A DNA stretch of 64,000 nucleotides from an uncultured Pseudomonadota bacterium (GCA_963785055.1 CAWATT010000003.1:252157-316156), one strand, 5' to 3'. Shown: positions 1 through 11,942, counted from the stretch's first letter. Notes: generated by a model from the sequence alone, not told the origin. Made by a program: numbers and translations.

Positions 1-381
1 GCCGGCCTGCTTCATGACCTTGATTGCCGACACCTTGTCGCCCATCAGCCGGATGGTCTCGGCCTTCGGCCCGATGAACACGAAGCCACTCTTCTCGACG
101 CGTTCCGCGAAGTCGGCATTCTCGGAAAGGAAGCCGTAGCCGGGGTGGATCGCGACCGAATCGGTGACCTCGGCGGCGCTGATGATCGCCGGCATGTTCA
201 GGTAACTCAGCGGCGAGGGGGGCGGTCCGATGCAGACCGTCTCGTCGGCCAGCAGCACGTGCTTGAGGTTGTTGTCGACGGTCGAGTGCACCGCGACCGT
301 CTTGATGCCCAGCTCCCGGCAGGCGCGCAGGATGCGCAGCGCGATCTCGCCGCGGTTGGCAATGACCACCTTGTCGAGCAT
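1..381 (-). CDS. accC: acetyl-CoA carboxylase biotin carboxylase subunit, N-terminal part (gene runs off window start)
   Basis: Minus-strand translation from the ATG at 381 gives [36 protein letters not shown]...[27 protein letters not shown], the conserved biotin carboxylase N-domain. It starts 11 nt after the accB stop. It is absent from the ORF track because it is open at the window edge. Confidence 0.9.
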   Translation of the reverse strand, partial: MLDKVVIANRGEIALRILRACRELGIKTVAVHSTVDNNLKHVLLADETVCIGPPPSPLSYLNMPAIISAAEVTDSVAIHPGYGFLSENADFAERVEKSGFVFIGPKAETIRLMGDKVSAIKVMKQAG

Positions 382-392
382 GCGGGAAGTCA

Positions 393-858
393 CTATTCGA
401 TCACGAACAGCGGCTGTCCGAATTCCACCGGATCGCCGTTCTTGACCATGATCGCGGTGACGCGACCGGCGCGGTCGGACTCGATCTGGTTCATCATCTT
501 CATGGCCTCGATGATGCACAGCACCTGGCCCACCTTGACCTCGTCGCCAATGGCAACGAAGGGCTTGGTGGTCGGGGATGAGGCCGCGTAGTAGGTGCCG
601 ACCATCGGCGCAGGGACCACGTTCTCGTCGTCCTTGCGGCGGGCGTGGACCACCGGCGCCGCCCTCCTGTGCGACCGGTTTCGGTGCGGCCGCAATCGCC
701 GCGACGGCGGCCGGCGGCGCGGCGAAGTACTGCGGCGCCGCAGCGCCGGTGGGCATGCGACTGATGCGCACGGACTCCTCGCCTTCGCGGATCTCGATCT
801 CGGCAATGCCCGATTCCTCGAGCAGCTCGATGAGTTTCTTTACCTTGCGGATATCCAT
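393..858 (-). CDS. accB: biotin carboxyl carrier protein AccB, split by one frame change in the Ala/Pro linker (about 650-700)
   Basis: The ATG at 858 (AGGAG upstream) gives [35 protein letters not shown]. The C-terminal biotinyl domain is in another frame (ORF 393..806): [12 protein letters not shown]...[17 protein letters not shown]...[10 protein letters not shown], with the EAMKM biotinylation motif. Confidence 0.85.
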
Positions 859-885
859 GGTCACTCCTGGGGGTCCGGGCTCGCG

Positions 886-1329
886 TCAGCCTGCGCCAAG
901 GCGTGCCGCCGCGGCGCGCAGGGCAAGTTCATAGCCCAATGCGCCGAGGCCCACGACCTGGCCAATCGCGATGTCCGAGAAATACGAATGCCGCCGGAAT
1001 TCCTCCCGGGCATGCACGTTGGAAAGATGAACCTCGATGAAGGGCAGCGAAACCCCGAGGATGGCGTCGCGCAGCGCGACGCTGGTATGCGTGAAGGCGC
1101 CGGGGTTGAGGATCATGAAGGCGACTCCCGCGGTCCGTGTGGCCTGGACCTCGTTCACGAGCTCATGCTCGGCATTGCTCTGGACGGCGCGCAGCTCGTG
1201 ACCCAGGTCCGCCGCAAGCCGCGTGCAGCGCTGGACGATGACATCCAGCGTATCGGCTCCGTAGAGACCGGGTTCCCGCGTCCCGAGCAGGTTCAGGTTG
1301 GGACCGTTGAGCAGGAGGAGACGCGCCAT
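886..1329 (-). CDS. aroQ: type II 3-dehydroquinate dehydratase
   Basis: Within ORF 886..1395, the internal Met at 1329 gives [24 protein letters not shown]...[17 protein letters not shown]...[19 protein letters not shown]. aroQ-accB-accC is a common proteobacterial gene order. Confidence 0.93.
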   Translation of the reverse strand: MARLLLLNGPNLNLLGTREPGLYGADTLDVIVQRCTRLAADLGHELRAVQSNAEHELVNEVQATRTAGVAFMILNPGAFTHTSVALRDAILGVSLPFIEVHLSNVHAREEFRRHSYFSDIAIGQVVGLGALGYELALRAAAARLGAG

Positions 1330-1417
1330 CCGATTATTGTCATGTTCAATAAAAGTGGCGCCATTTAACCCCAAAAGCAGGGATCGTGCTGGCAATTTCG
1401 GCCCAGCGTGGAGCCTC

Positions 1418-2153
1418 CTAGCCGGCTGCCGGCTTGGCTTCCGCGAGCGCGCGTCGCGTCGCCAGGTCCTTCAGGCCCTCCCGGATCTGCTCCCGCGCCT
1501 GTTCCAGTTCCAGCGAACCGGCATCGACCGCTGACACCTGGTCGAGGATCAGCGTGGCCTCATCGTGGTGCAGTTCGCCGATCTTCATGGCCACGATGCG
1601 CTGCTGGCTGTCGGCGAACAGCGTGAACGGGAAGGCTGGCTGCATGCCGACGGCCGCCACCGCGGCCAGGCCGTCTTCCTCGCCGATCAGCAGCGGGTAA
1701 TCCAGCGCGTTGGCGTCTGCAAACTTCAGGACGTCGTCGCGGAAGTCGACGGCAATGCCGATGACCTCCAGCCTTCTCGCTCGCCCGCTCGCGGCGCAGC
1801 TGGGAAAGCAGCGGGATCTCGCGCACGCAGGGCGCACACCACGTTGCCCAGTAATTCACTATGAGCGGCTGACCCTTCCATTCCCCGAGCCTGCGCAGCT
1901 TGCCGTCCCGGTCCATGAGCTCGAACTGCGGAAGCGTTTCGGGCAGTTCCTTGGGTGCGAGGGTGGCGTCCCCGGCTGCGGGCGTTGCCTCTGCCGCAGG
2001 CGCCTCCGCGGGCGCTGCCACAATCGTCGTTTCGGGCTGCCCTGAGAGCCTCTTCTGTACGAACCAGCCGACCGCCGCCGCAACGGCGATCGCAAGGACG
2101 GTGATCAGCAAGGTGCCCGGGCCCCGGCGTGGGGCAGCAGAGGGGGAGGTCAT
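1418..2153 (-). CDS. TlpA/ResA-like periplasmic thiol:disulfide oxidoreductase, one frame change near 1780
   Basis: ORF 1560..2153 has an N-terminal TM anchor and then [20 protein letters not shown] (WCxxC). The C-terminal half continues in ORF 1418..1837 ([33 protein letters not shown]...[14 protein letters not shown]). It lies directly downstream of dsbD. Confidence 0.75.
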
Positions 2154-2163
2154 GTGGCCGACT

Positions 2164-4047
2164 CTACCGGGACGGGGATGCGGTGGCCACCGTCGGTGCG
2201 GCCACCGCCGCCGGTGCCGCCGTGGCCTGCGCGGCGAGCGGCCCGAACTCCTCGGCCTTCATGAACCCGACGACCCGGTAGTTGCGGCGCTCGAGGCCAT
2301 CAGGCCCGTAGAAGGCGATGGTCGGGGGGCCAAAGATGCCGAAGTGCTTCAGCAGTTGCTGGTCGGATTCGTTGTTCGCCGTGACGTCGACCTGCAGCCA
2401 GACCGTGTTCGAGAGGGCGGTGCGAACGGCATCCTGGGGAAACGTGTATTTCTCCATTTCCTTGCAGGACACGCACCAGTCGGCATAGAAGTCGACCATC
2501 ACGGACTTGCCGCCGGACGAGGCGGCAGCGACGCGCGCATCCAGTTCCTCGAGCGTCCTGATTCGCTCAAAGGGCAGGCTGGCGTGTGTAGCCGCGGCCT
2601 GCAGCGGCCGCAGCGGATCGGTGGCGCCCTTGAACAGGCCGATGCCGAGCAGCACGGCGTAGACGCCCGCGGCCGTTGCGGCAAAGCGGGCAAGAATACG
2701 GCCCGAGCGCGAGTTCGCCATCGAACGGTGCAGCACGGCTGCGAGCGCGCCAACCGGGACGATCCACAACGCGAAGCTGATGCGCTCCGGCAGGATGCGC
2801 GAAAGCATCCACACCGCGACCCCCAGCATCATCACGCCCATCACCTGCTTGACCGTGTCCATCCACGCACCGGCGCGCGGCAACAGCCGGCCCGCAGACG
2901 CTCCGACGACCAGCAGCGGCACGCCCATGCCGATGGCCATCGAGAACAACGCGAGGCCACCGCGCGCGACCTGTCCGGACTGTCCGATCACCGAGAGTGC
3001 CGCCACCAGCGCCGGGCCCACGCACGTGGTGACGATCAGCGCGGAAAGTGCGCCCATCAGCACCACACCCGCCAGGTGTCCGCCTCGCTGGCGATTGCTG
3101 AGTTCGGTGAGCCGCGTCTGGATGAAAGAGGGCATCTGCACCGTGAAGAACCCGAACATCGAGAGCGCCATCGTGACGAACAGCGCCGCGAACAGCCCGA
3201 TGATCCAGGGCTGCTGGAACAATGTCTGTGCCTGCTGGCCCGCCGCCGCGAAGGCCACGCCGGCGATCGTGTACGTGGCGGCCATGCCGAGCACGTAGGC
3301 CACGGAAAGCCCGAAGGCCCGCCCGCGCGTAACGTTCGGGCCGCTGCCCGCGATGATTCCCGCCACTATCGGCACCATCGGCAACACGCACGGCGTGAAG
3401 GCCAGCGCGAGGCCCGCCAGGAAGAACATGCCGGCCATCAGGAACAGGTTGCCGCCGCGGATCAGGCCGGCGAGCGAATCCTGCTCGGAGACGTACCCAT
3501 CCGCGCCGCCCGCGACGTCGCCGCTGCCCGCCGGCAGTGCGGCGACCGCAGTGGCCCGGGGCATTTCAATGTCGAAGGTCTTCGAGGTCGGCGGGTAGCA
3601 CAGTCCGGCCTCCGCGCACCCCTGCCAACTCACCTTCAGCGGCAAGGTGAACGGCTCAAGGCTCCCGCGTGATACCGGCAGTTTCACGACGAAATCGTGG
3701 TGATAGACCACCTGTTCGCCGAAGAACTCGTCGGTCTTCTTCTCGCCTTCGGGGAGGGCGGGCGTGCCGAGCGCGGCTGGCTGGCCCTCGGCCATCGAGA
3801 ACTTCAGCTTGTCGCGGTAAAGGTAGTAGCCCTTGTGGACACCGAAACGCACCTCAACCCGGTCCGGCGCGGTTGCCTCGGCATGGATCTGGAACACCAC
3901 TTCCTGCGGAAGGAACTCGTCGTCCTGTGCTGCACTGCGGCTAAGGCCGGTCAGGGCAGCCGCGTCCGCCGCCCAGGCGACCGGTGTCGCCAGGGCGAGG
4001 CCCCCCAGGAGCAGGGCAAGGAGTCGGGCAGGCAATTGGGGCTTCAT
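2164..4047 (-). CDS. dsbD: thiol:disulfide interchange protein DsbD (DipZ)
   Basis: Within ORF 2164..4086, the probable start is MKPQLPARLLALLLGG at 4047. It has a signal peptide and periplasmic N-domain, a membrane core with FTPCVLPMVPIVAG and VTTCVGPALV, and a C-terminal thioredoxin domain DFYADWCVSCKEMEKYTF. Confidence 0.92.
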   Translation of the reverse strand: MKPQLPARLLALLLGGLALATPVAWAADAAALTGLSRSAAQDDEFLPQEVVFQIHAEATAPDRVEVRFGVHKGYYLYRDKLKFSMAEGQPAALGTPALPEGEKKTDEFFGEQVVYHHDFVVKLPVSRGSLEPFTLPLKVSWQGCAEAGLCYPPTSKTFDIEMPRATAVAALPAGSGDVAGGADGYVSEQDSLAGLIRGGNLFLMAGMFFLAGLALAFTPCVLPMVPIVAGIIAGSGPNVTRGRAFGLSVAYVLGMAATYTIAGVAFAAAGQQAQTLFQQPWIIGLFAALFVTMALSMFGFFTVQMPSFIQTRLTELSNRQRGGHLAGVVLMGALSALIVTTCVGPALVAALSVIGQSGQVARGGLALFSMAIGMGVPLLVVGASAGRLLPRAGAWMDTVKQVMGVMMLGVAVWMLSRILPERISFALWIVPVGALAAVLHRSMANSRSGRILARFAATAAGVYAVLLGIGLFKGATDPLRPLQAAATHASLPFERIRTLEELDARVAAASSGGKSVMVDFYADWCVSCKEMEKYTFPQDAVRTALSNTVWLQVDVTANNESDQQLLKHFGIFGPPTIAFYGPDGLERRNYRVVGFMKAEEFGPLAAQATAAPAAVAAPTVATASPSR

Positions 4048-4141
4048 CGGGCCGGAATTGTACCTCCGTGACAATAAAAGTCTCACGCATTCATTGATTT
4101 AGCTGCGACGCAGCTCACGCGGGCTCCCGGCAGAGCGGTTG

Positions 4142-4171
4142 CCCTTGAATTGAAAGGTTTCGCCGCTATGA
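4142..4171 (+). promoter_or_regulatory. sigma32 (RpoH)-type heat-shock promoter candidate for groESL
   Basis: CCCTTGAA at 4142-4149, a 13-nt spacer, then CCGCTATGA at 4163-4171. Compare the consensus CCCTTGAA-N13-15-CCCCATNT. It lies about 120 nt upstream of groES. Confidence 0.5.
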
Positions 4172-4181
4172 TTACGGCCCG

Positions 4182-4208
4182 TTAGCAGCCGGCGGTCGAG
4201 AGTGCTAA
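4182..4208 (+). promoter_or_regulatory. CIRCE inverted repeat (HrcA operator)
   Basis: TTAGCAGCC-N9-GAGTGCTAA against the consensus TTAGCACTC-N9-GAGTGCTAA. The right arm is perfect, the left arm matches 7/9, and the spacer is exactly 9 nt. It sits between the promoter candidate and groES. Confidence 0.7.
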
Positions 4209-4290
4209 CAGCCGTCCCCGGGCGGATCCGCAGGCTGCACTGGTTTTTGAAACAGTCGATTTTTGGGAAATCCACATAGGAGTGGCAAGC

Positions 4291-6234
<1,944 letters not shown>

Positions 6235-6280
6235 CGCGACGCGTTACCCGTTCATACGTTCGACTATCGTCATTGAAGAA

Positions 6281-6310
6281 GCCCCGGCGGGAAACTGCCG
6301 GGGCTTTTTC
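6281..6310. terminator. rho-independent terminator after groEL (possibly bidirectional)
   Basis: GCCCCGGC (6281-6288), loop GGGAAACT, GCCGGGGC (6297-6304), followed by TTTTTC. Confidence 0.75.
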
Positions 6311-6325
6311 CATGCTGGGGACGGT

Positions 6326-6895
6326 CTACTTCTTCAGCGGGTTCGGCTTGGCCGGCCGTGAAGCGGTTGGGGTTGCCTTCGTTGTAGATCGTGTGGCGCT
6401 TGAAGAACCACTGGCCGTCGATCTTCACGAACTCGTCGTCCCAGCTGCCGAAGCTCAGCCACTCGATCTTGCGCCGGTCGGCGTTGTTGCCGTAGTTCAT
6501 CCAGTAGGAGATGGCGCGGGCGTTGTCGCCGTCGATCTCGATCACCTGGTTGGTGACCAGGTGCCGGACCGTCGACGGCCACTCCCTGCCATCCGGAGTC
6601 TTGCGCCGGCGCGAAGTTCAGCTTCCGCAGGTCGTAGGTTCCGCTGGCCATGAATTCCCGGATCGCAGCGCGGCCTTTGACCTCGCCGCGCGCCCAATCG
6701 AGCACGCCGTCCTCGGTGAACACGGCGGCATAGCCGTCGGCATCGAAGTAGTCCATGGCGAGCACATAGCGGTGCTGCAGATCGATGATCGCTGCGCGAT
6801 CACCGGCTTCAAAGTCATCGCCCGGACCCGGAACATGGGCGCAGGGCTACCAGCAGCAGCAGCAGCAGAGCGAACGAAAGCACACCTGTCTTCAT
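6326..6895 (-). pseudogene. exported SnoaL/NTF2-like protein, several frame changes
   Basis: The ATG at 6895 gives MKTGVLSFALLLLLLVAL (signal peptide). NTF2-like pieces follow in ORFs 6334..6765 (YFDADGYAAVFTEDGVLDWARGEVKGRAAIREFM) and 6270..6545 (IEIDGDNARAISYWMNYG...GQWFFKRHTIYNEG). The likely true stop is at 6326-6328 (..PLKK*), before the terminator hairpin. The end coordinate is uncertain. Confidence 0.55.
6851..6868. repeat. (CAG)6 trinucleotide run
   Basis: cagcagcagcagcagcag. On the minus strand it encodes the Leu run of the signal peptide of the 6326-6895 gene. Confidence 0.9.
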
Positions 6896-6930
6896 GGATC
6901 CTCTCCGTGTGGAACGATGCTGCGCGCCGT

Positions 6931-8995
6931 TCAGCGCGCAGTGGGCTGCGACCGCGCCGCTTCCGCCAGCGAGATCAGGTAGGCGCGCAGCGCGACGGTG
7001 TCGCCATCCTTCAGGTAGTCGCGGAACGAGGCCATGCCCCGCTCGGACAGCGCGCCCTGCAGCACGATGGCGTCGAGCAGCGCCTGGCTATGCAGCGCCG
7101 GGGCGCGGCGCAGGTCCGGGAAGGTCGAGCGCGCGGCGCCATTGCGGCCGTGGCAGAGCTGGCACTGCGCCTCGAACACCTGCGCGCCACGCCGGATGGT
7201 GGCGGCATCGGCGAACTGCGGCGGCGGCGCGATCGGTCGCTCGGTGAACGGCGGCAGGTCGGGCAGCACGGTCTTGCCGCCGAGCTTGAACACCAGCAGC
7301 CGCGCGCCGTTCGGTGCGTAGTAGCCGCCCGGCATCGGGCCGCCCACCGCGATGGCGACATACTGTTCGCCGCCGACTTCGTAGCTGATGGCGCCGGCCA
7401 GCACCGCGGTCTTGGTGCCGAAGCTCCACAGCCGCTTGCCGTCGGTGGCGCGGTAGGCGACGAACTCCTGCTTCGGCAGATTGCCGTGGAACACCACGTT
7501 GCCGGCGGTGGCGAGCGCGCCGCCGGTCACCTGCACGCCGCCGGCGGGGTTGATGAATTCCTCGCTGCGCCACACTTCCGTCTGCGCCACCGGGTCCCAT
7601 GCCGTCAGGCGCCCGGTGAAGCTCTGCTTGCGTGTCGGGATTGTCGGCGAGATATTTCTGGCGTGCGTCGAGCGGGCCGATCAGCTGCCAGTGCGTGGTC
7701 GCCGGGATGTAGACCAGCTTCGTGATCGGGCTGTACGACATCGACTGCCAGGCGTGTCCACCGGCAGGACCGGGCGCCAGATTGAACACCTTGTTGGTGA
7801 GGTTGGTGCGCGCTTCCGGCACCACGATCGGGACGGCCGGTCGTCGAGGTCCACGCCAGTGGCCCAGTTCACGTCCGTGATAGGGCTTGGCCGACAGCAG
7901 CTTGCCGGTGGCCGCGTCGAGGACATAGAAGAAGCCGTTCTTCGATGCCTGCGTCACGACGTGGCGCTTCTTCCCGTCGATCTCGATGTCCAGCAGCATC
8001 AGCTGCTGGCCGGTGTCGTAGTCCCAGGTTTCCCACGGCGTGGTCTGGTAGTGCCAGGCGTAGCTGCCGTCCTTCGCATGCACGGCAACGATGGAGGTCG
8101 ATGAACAGGTTGTCGCCGCCGCCGGCGTCGCGCGCACCGCGTCCCACGGCGCGCCGTTGCCGGTGCCGAAGATCACGAGGTCGGTGACCGGATCGTAGGT
8201 GATCGCATCCCACACCGTGCCGCCACCGCCGCTGCTTCCACCAGCCCGGTGTCTTCCAGGTGGCCGCCGCCATCTCCATGGCCTTGTTCTCGAAGCCCTT
8301 CGCGGGATCGCCGGGGATGGTCCAGAACCGCCACAGGCTGCTTGCCGGTCTCGGCATCGTAGGCATCGATGTAGCCGCGCGCGTCGAACTCGCCGCCGGC
8401 CGAGCCGATGAAGATCTTGCCGTTGGCGATGCGCGGCGCGCCGGTGATCGAGTAGCGCCGTTCATCGGGCGTGGACTTCGTCGGACCACACCTGCTTGCC
8501 GGTCTTCGCATCCAGCGCGATCAGCCGGCCGTCGAGCGTGCCGAAGATGATCTTGCCGTTCCAGGCCGCGGCGCCGCGGTTGTCCACGCCGCAGCAGATG
8601 TTGATGTTCCACGCCCCGGCCACCTTGGGATCGTGCAGCCACAGCTGCTTGCCGGTCTTCGCGTCCACCGCCATCACCTTGCTCCAGGGCAGGGTGAGGT
8701 AGATCACGCCGTCGATCATCAGCGGCGTGGTTTCGATGTTCTGGTTGGTGGGCAGGTCGACGAACCAGGCCAGGCCCAGCTTGCCGACGTTGCTCGTCGT
8801 TGATCTTGTCGAGCGGGCTGAAGTACTGCTCGTCGAAGGTGCGGCTGTGGCTCATCCACTGGCCGCGCTTCCTTGTCGGCATTGAGCAGGCGCTTCATGT
8901 CGACCTTCGCGGCGCGACTGCGCCGGCGCTGGCACCGAAATACCGAGGGCCAGCGTCGTGCCCAGCAGGATGCGAACCCATCGCGGCGGTGCCAT
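6931..8995 (-). pseudogene. PQQ-dependent quinohemoprotein dehydrogenase (type II ADH-like), many frame changes
   Basis: Signal peptide MAPPRWVRILLGTTLALGISVPAPAQ (start 8995). PQQ propeller pieces are spread over three frames: [26 protein letters not shown], the vicinal-Cys motif [46 protein letters not shown], and [23 protein letters not shown]...[14 protein letters not shown]. The C-terminal cytochrome c domain has CQLCHG. I count at least 8 frame switches by eye. Confidence 0.85.
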
Positions 8996-9143
8996 TGCTT
9001 CCCCTTTCTGCTCGTTGTCCTGGGCGTGCAGGGTTGGCAAACCTTGCGCGCGCCATTTCATTCAAGCAGTCGCGGCTGGCACGCGCAAGCACTTGTCGTA
9101 CCATGGGCCCGCGGGACGTCGCGACAACAACAGGAGTGGATGC

Positions 9144-10222
9144 ATGAGAGCAGTGCTGGTCCCCGTGGTCCTCCTGGCGCTCGCCCCCGTGGCAACCGCG
9201 CAGCAGCCATCGTCCGCATTTGATCGCGGTCGCAGCCTTCAAGCCTGGCAGGATCCTGGCTATGCGGCGCTGACGGCGCGCTGCAAGGTGCCGCCCCCGC
9301 CGCGCGCCACTGGTGGCGGTACGGCACCGGCCGCGACGGCCGCGGCACCACCGGCCCCGGCTCTGCCTGCGCCCGATGCGATCGCGGGTGTGATCGCCCC
9401 TGGACAACATTGGAAAGTCGTCTGGTCCTGGGAGGGCAACAACGCGGATGGCCCGATTGCCGGTGACGACGGTTCGCTGCTGTTCGCGAACAACGATGCG
9501 AGCAACGTGATGCGGCTCGATCCGGCGACGCGGGCTCGCCAGCGTGCTGTTCGACAACACGAACACCGGTGGCGCGGTGTCCCGAAGCAAGGATGGCGCG
9601 CTGTTCCTCGCAGTGCGCGGATTGGGCGGCGGCATCGAGCAGCTCGAGCCGCGGCGACGCATGTTCGCGAATACCTTCCAGGGCGAACCTCTCGAGTGCG
9701 CCGGGGGCACCGTGAACGATCTCGTCGCGGACGCCCGCGGCGGCGTCTATCTCTCGGTATCCGGGAGTGGTGTGTTCCACGCCAGTCCGGCCGGCAAACT
9801 GACGAAGTATGGCGACGTCCCTGCGGCCAACGGCATCATCCTGAGCCCGGACGAACGCACGCTCTACGCCACGAACGGTGGCGTGGTGGTGGCCTTTGAC
9901 GTGCAGGCGGACGGTTCGCTGGCGAACCAGCGCGAGTTCGGCAGGTTGCGGGGAGGTCAGGGAGGAGACGGCGCCGCAGTGGACGCCGAGGGCCGTGTGT
10001 ATGTCGCCACGGGAGCCTCTGCCGACGTTTTCTCGCCCGGCTGGCGAATTCCTGGGTTCCATAGCCGGGCCTCGCGGGCTGCATGGCGTCGCGTTCGGCG
10101 GCAAGGACAAGAAGACGCTGTACGGCATCGTGTTCTATGGCGGCTGGGGAACGCCCAGCGCACGCAACCAGATCGTCGCGATTCCCATGCTGGCGCAGGG
10201 CTACCTGGATCGGGCGAAGTAG
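9144..10222 (+). pseudogene. SMP-30/gluconolactonase/LRE-family protein, two frame changes (about 9535 and 10035)
   Basis: The ATG at 9144 (AGGAG upstream) gives MRAVLVPVVLLALAPVATAQ (signal peptide). Later pieces are GPIAGDDGSLLFANNDASNVMRLDP, DLVADARGGVYLS...ANGIILSPDERTLYATNGG...GGDGAAVDAEGRVYVAT, and LHGVAFGGKDKKTLYGI in the third frame, ending at 10222. Confidence 0.75.
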
Positions 10223-10275
10223 CGCCCGGCACGACTACGGGGTTTGCAATCGTCAATACTGGTGGCGAGGCCTGA

Positions 10276-10704
10276 TCACTCTCGTCGGCCCGGCTCATTC
10301 CGCAGCGGGCTGCCGATTCCGCAGTACACGAAATAACCAATGGTGAACACCACAACCGATAGATCCACCGCAAACGGAAGCCAGAAACCAGCGACGAACG
10401 GTTGCCTCGCGTTGAAGAGCACGAGCCATACCATGAACGCCTTCTCGAGAAGGCTGTAGAGGCCGATCGGGACGCGCCACGCGGGGAATATCGCCGCACC
10501 CATCATGAACAGGCCCATGAGCCCGACCATGATTCCCCAATGCTGGATGATGATCGTGTATTCGACCAGGAAGGGAAGTTTCGCGATGGTGGACGTGGCC
10601 CAGGAGGGGAAGAACGCGAAGATCCCTATGAGTGCTGTTCCCGCGCCGGTCAGCAGGTAGAAGGGCCGGAAGGCCCGGGAAAAAAAGCGCTCGAGATCTG
10701 GCAT
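10276..10704 (-). CDS. hypothetical 4-TM membrane protein
   Basis: Intact 142-aa ORF with four hydrophobic segments (LLTGAGTALIGIFAFF, WGIMVGLMGLFMMGAAIF, AFMVWLVLF, AVDLSVVVFTIGYFVY). I recognise no family. Confidence 0.6.
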   Translation of the reverse strand: MPDLERFFSRAFRPFYLLTGAGTALIGIFAFFPSWATSTIAKLPFLVEYTIIIQHWGIMVGLMGLFMMGAAIFPAWRVPIGLYSLLEKAFMVWLVLFNARQPFVAGFWLPFAVDLSVVVFTIGYFVYCGIGSPLRNEPGRRE

Positions 10705-10797
10705 GTTGAAGCGGCTCCTGAGGCAGTGCGGATGGACCTGGCTCGCCGGCTTGGCCGGCGGCGGCAGTCTATTGTTCGCCGGAATCTGGCTGGGCGA

Positions 10798-11942
10798 TCA
10801 GTAGGAAGAGTGACTGGCCTGTTTGCCGCGCGCAATCGCGGCAGGGAAAGCCGAAGCGTGCTCACTGTTCGACGTGACCCGATCGTCCCCGATGGCGGCA
10901 GCATTTTTACGCACGACATAAAGGCCGAGGCCGAGGTTGCGCCGGCCCTCGGGAGTCCGTGTCGGAGTAGTCGACCGTCCGCTCGCACCAGCGGGATCAA
11001 GATGGGTCAGCATGCGGGCGGGGATGGTCTTGCCGATGTTTTCGACCGCGAGCCTGATTCCTCCCGGCGTCGCCGTCCAGGCTGCCGTGAATGACGGAAT
11101 CAGGTGATCGTACATCATTGCGTTGAGATGCCAGGTTCGACGAGCGCCTGGTGGAATTGCGGCGCATCCCATTCCCCTTCGGTGTCCCCCTGTACCGCAA
11201 GCTCCAGCACGTGCCCCCTGCTGATGGCCTCGATTTCCGTCAGCGCGTCACGGACGAACTTTTCCAGCTGCAGGGGGTGCCGGACTGATGGCGAGTCCGG
11301 TTCCGAGGCGATTGCGCGTGTATTCGACCAGGTCATCCAGCAGCGCCCTCATCTGCGCGACGCTGCGCAAGACGATGGCAGCCTGGCGACCGTCGGACCG
11401 GGATTTCTGCTCGAGGCGAGCGCAGCTGGCAATCGTGCTCAACGGTCCGCGCAGGTCATGTCCCATCATGCCGAGGAACAGGTCACGCGTCTTGTCCATC
11501 TCTGCCAGGAACACACTCAGGGACTCGGCGGTCGCCTGATCAACTGCCTCGTTGAAGCGGATCACGTCTTCCAGGTCTTCGGCGCCAGCCATCGGAGAGG
11601 CCGCGCCCCACAGGCGCAGGACCGTCGCGCGCAGCGCGCGATACTCGGCCACCATCTGTTCCACTTCGAATCCCTGCCGTTCGCGCTGGCGGGCATGACT
11701 GCGCGAGGGAGCATCGGTGGCAGAAGAGGCGGTGGAACTGTTGCCTTCGGACTTCGCCTGCCGTTCCTCGTCGTCCTGCGGCCGATCCATGTCTGCAGCG
11801 ATTTCCTGCAGGATCAGCTTCCCGTGGTCCCGCAGGGCGCGCTCGTCCAGGCCGGAAGCCGCCGGCAGCTGCTGGCGGGCAAAGTCCACCCAGTCGGCCA
11901 GGATCGGTTCGAGGTTCTGTTTGATGAAGCTGAAAGGCGCAT
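10798..11942 (-). pseudogene. soluble sensor histidine kinase, about 3 frame changes
   Basis: HisKA H-box LFLGMMGHDLRGPLSTI lies in ORF 11248..11889. HATPase_c pieces are IRLAVENIGKTIPARML and LGLGLYVV in ORF 10798..11172. The N-terminal sensory part reads FIKQNLEPILADWVDFARQQLPAASGLDERALRDH. No TM segment is seen. The start near 11942 is uncertain. Confidence 0.8.

Noticed and set aside
1900-3672. 590-aa plus-strand ORF opposite dsbD. Similar long shadow ORFs occur at 4455-5657 and 5200-6186 (opposite groEL), 11104-12447, 18649-19953 (opposite yghU), 26632-27702, 33450-34607, 50889-51863, 53951-54952 and 58555-59367.
   Set aside because: They are Arg/Ala/Gly/Pro-rich with no recognisable motifs. 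Each lies antisense to or overlapping a gene with clear family signatures. This is typical of stop-codon-poor alternative frames in high-GC DNA.
6270-6330. 3-prime tail of ORF 6270..6545 running through the groEL terminator hairpin.
   Set aside because: An alternative frame gives a natural end (..PLKK*) at 6326, before the hairpin. The tail is probably an indel artefact. The end coordinate remains uncertain.
6851-6868. (CAG)6 repeat as a possible phase-variation tract.
   Set aside because: Unit changes of a trinucleotide repeat keep the frame. The tract simply encodes the poly-Leu core of a signal peptide.
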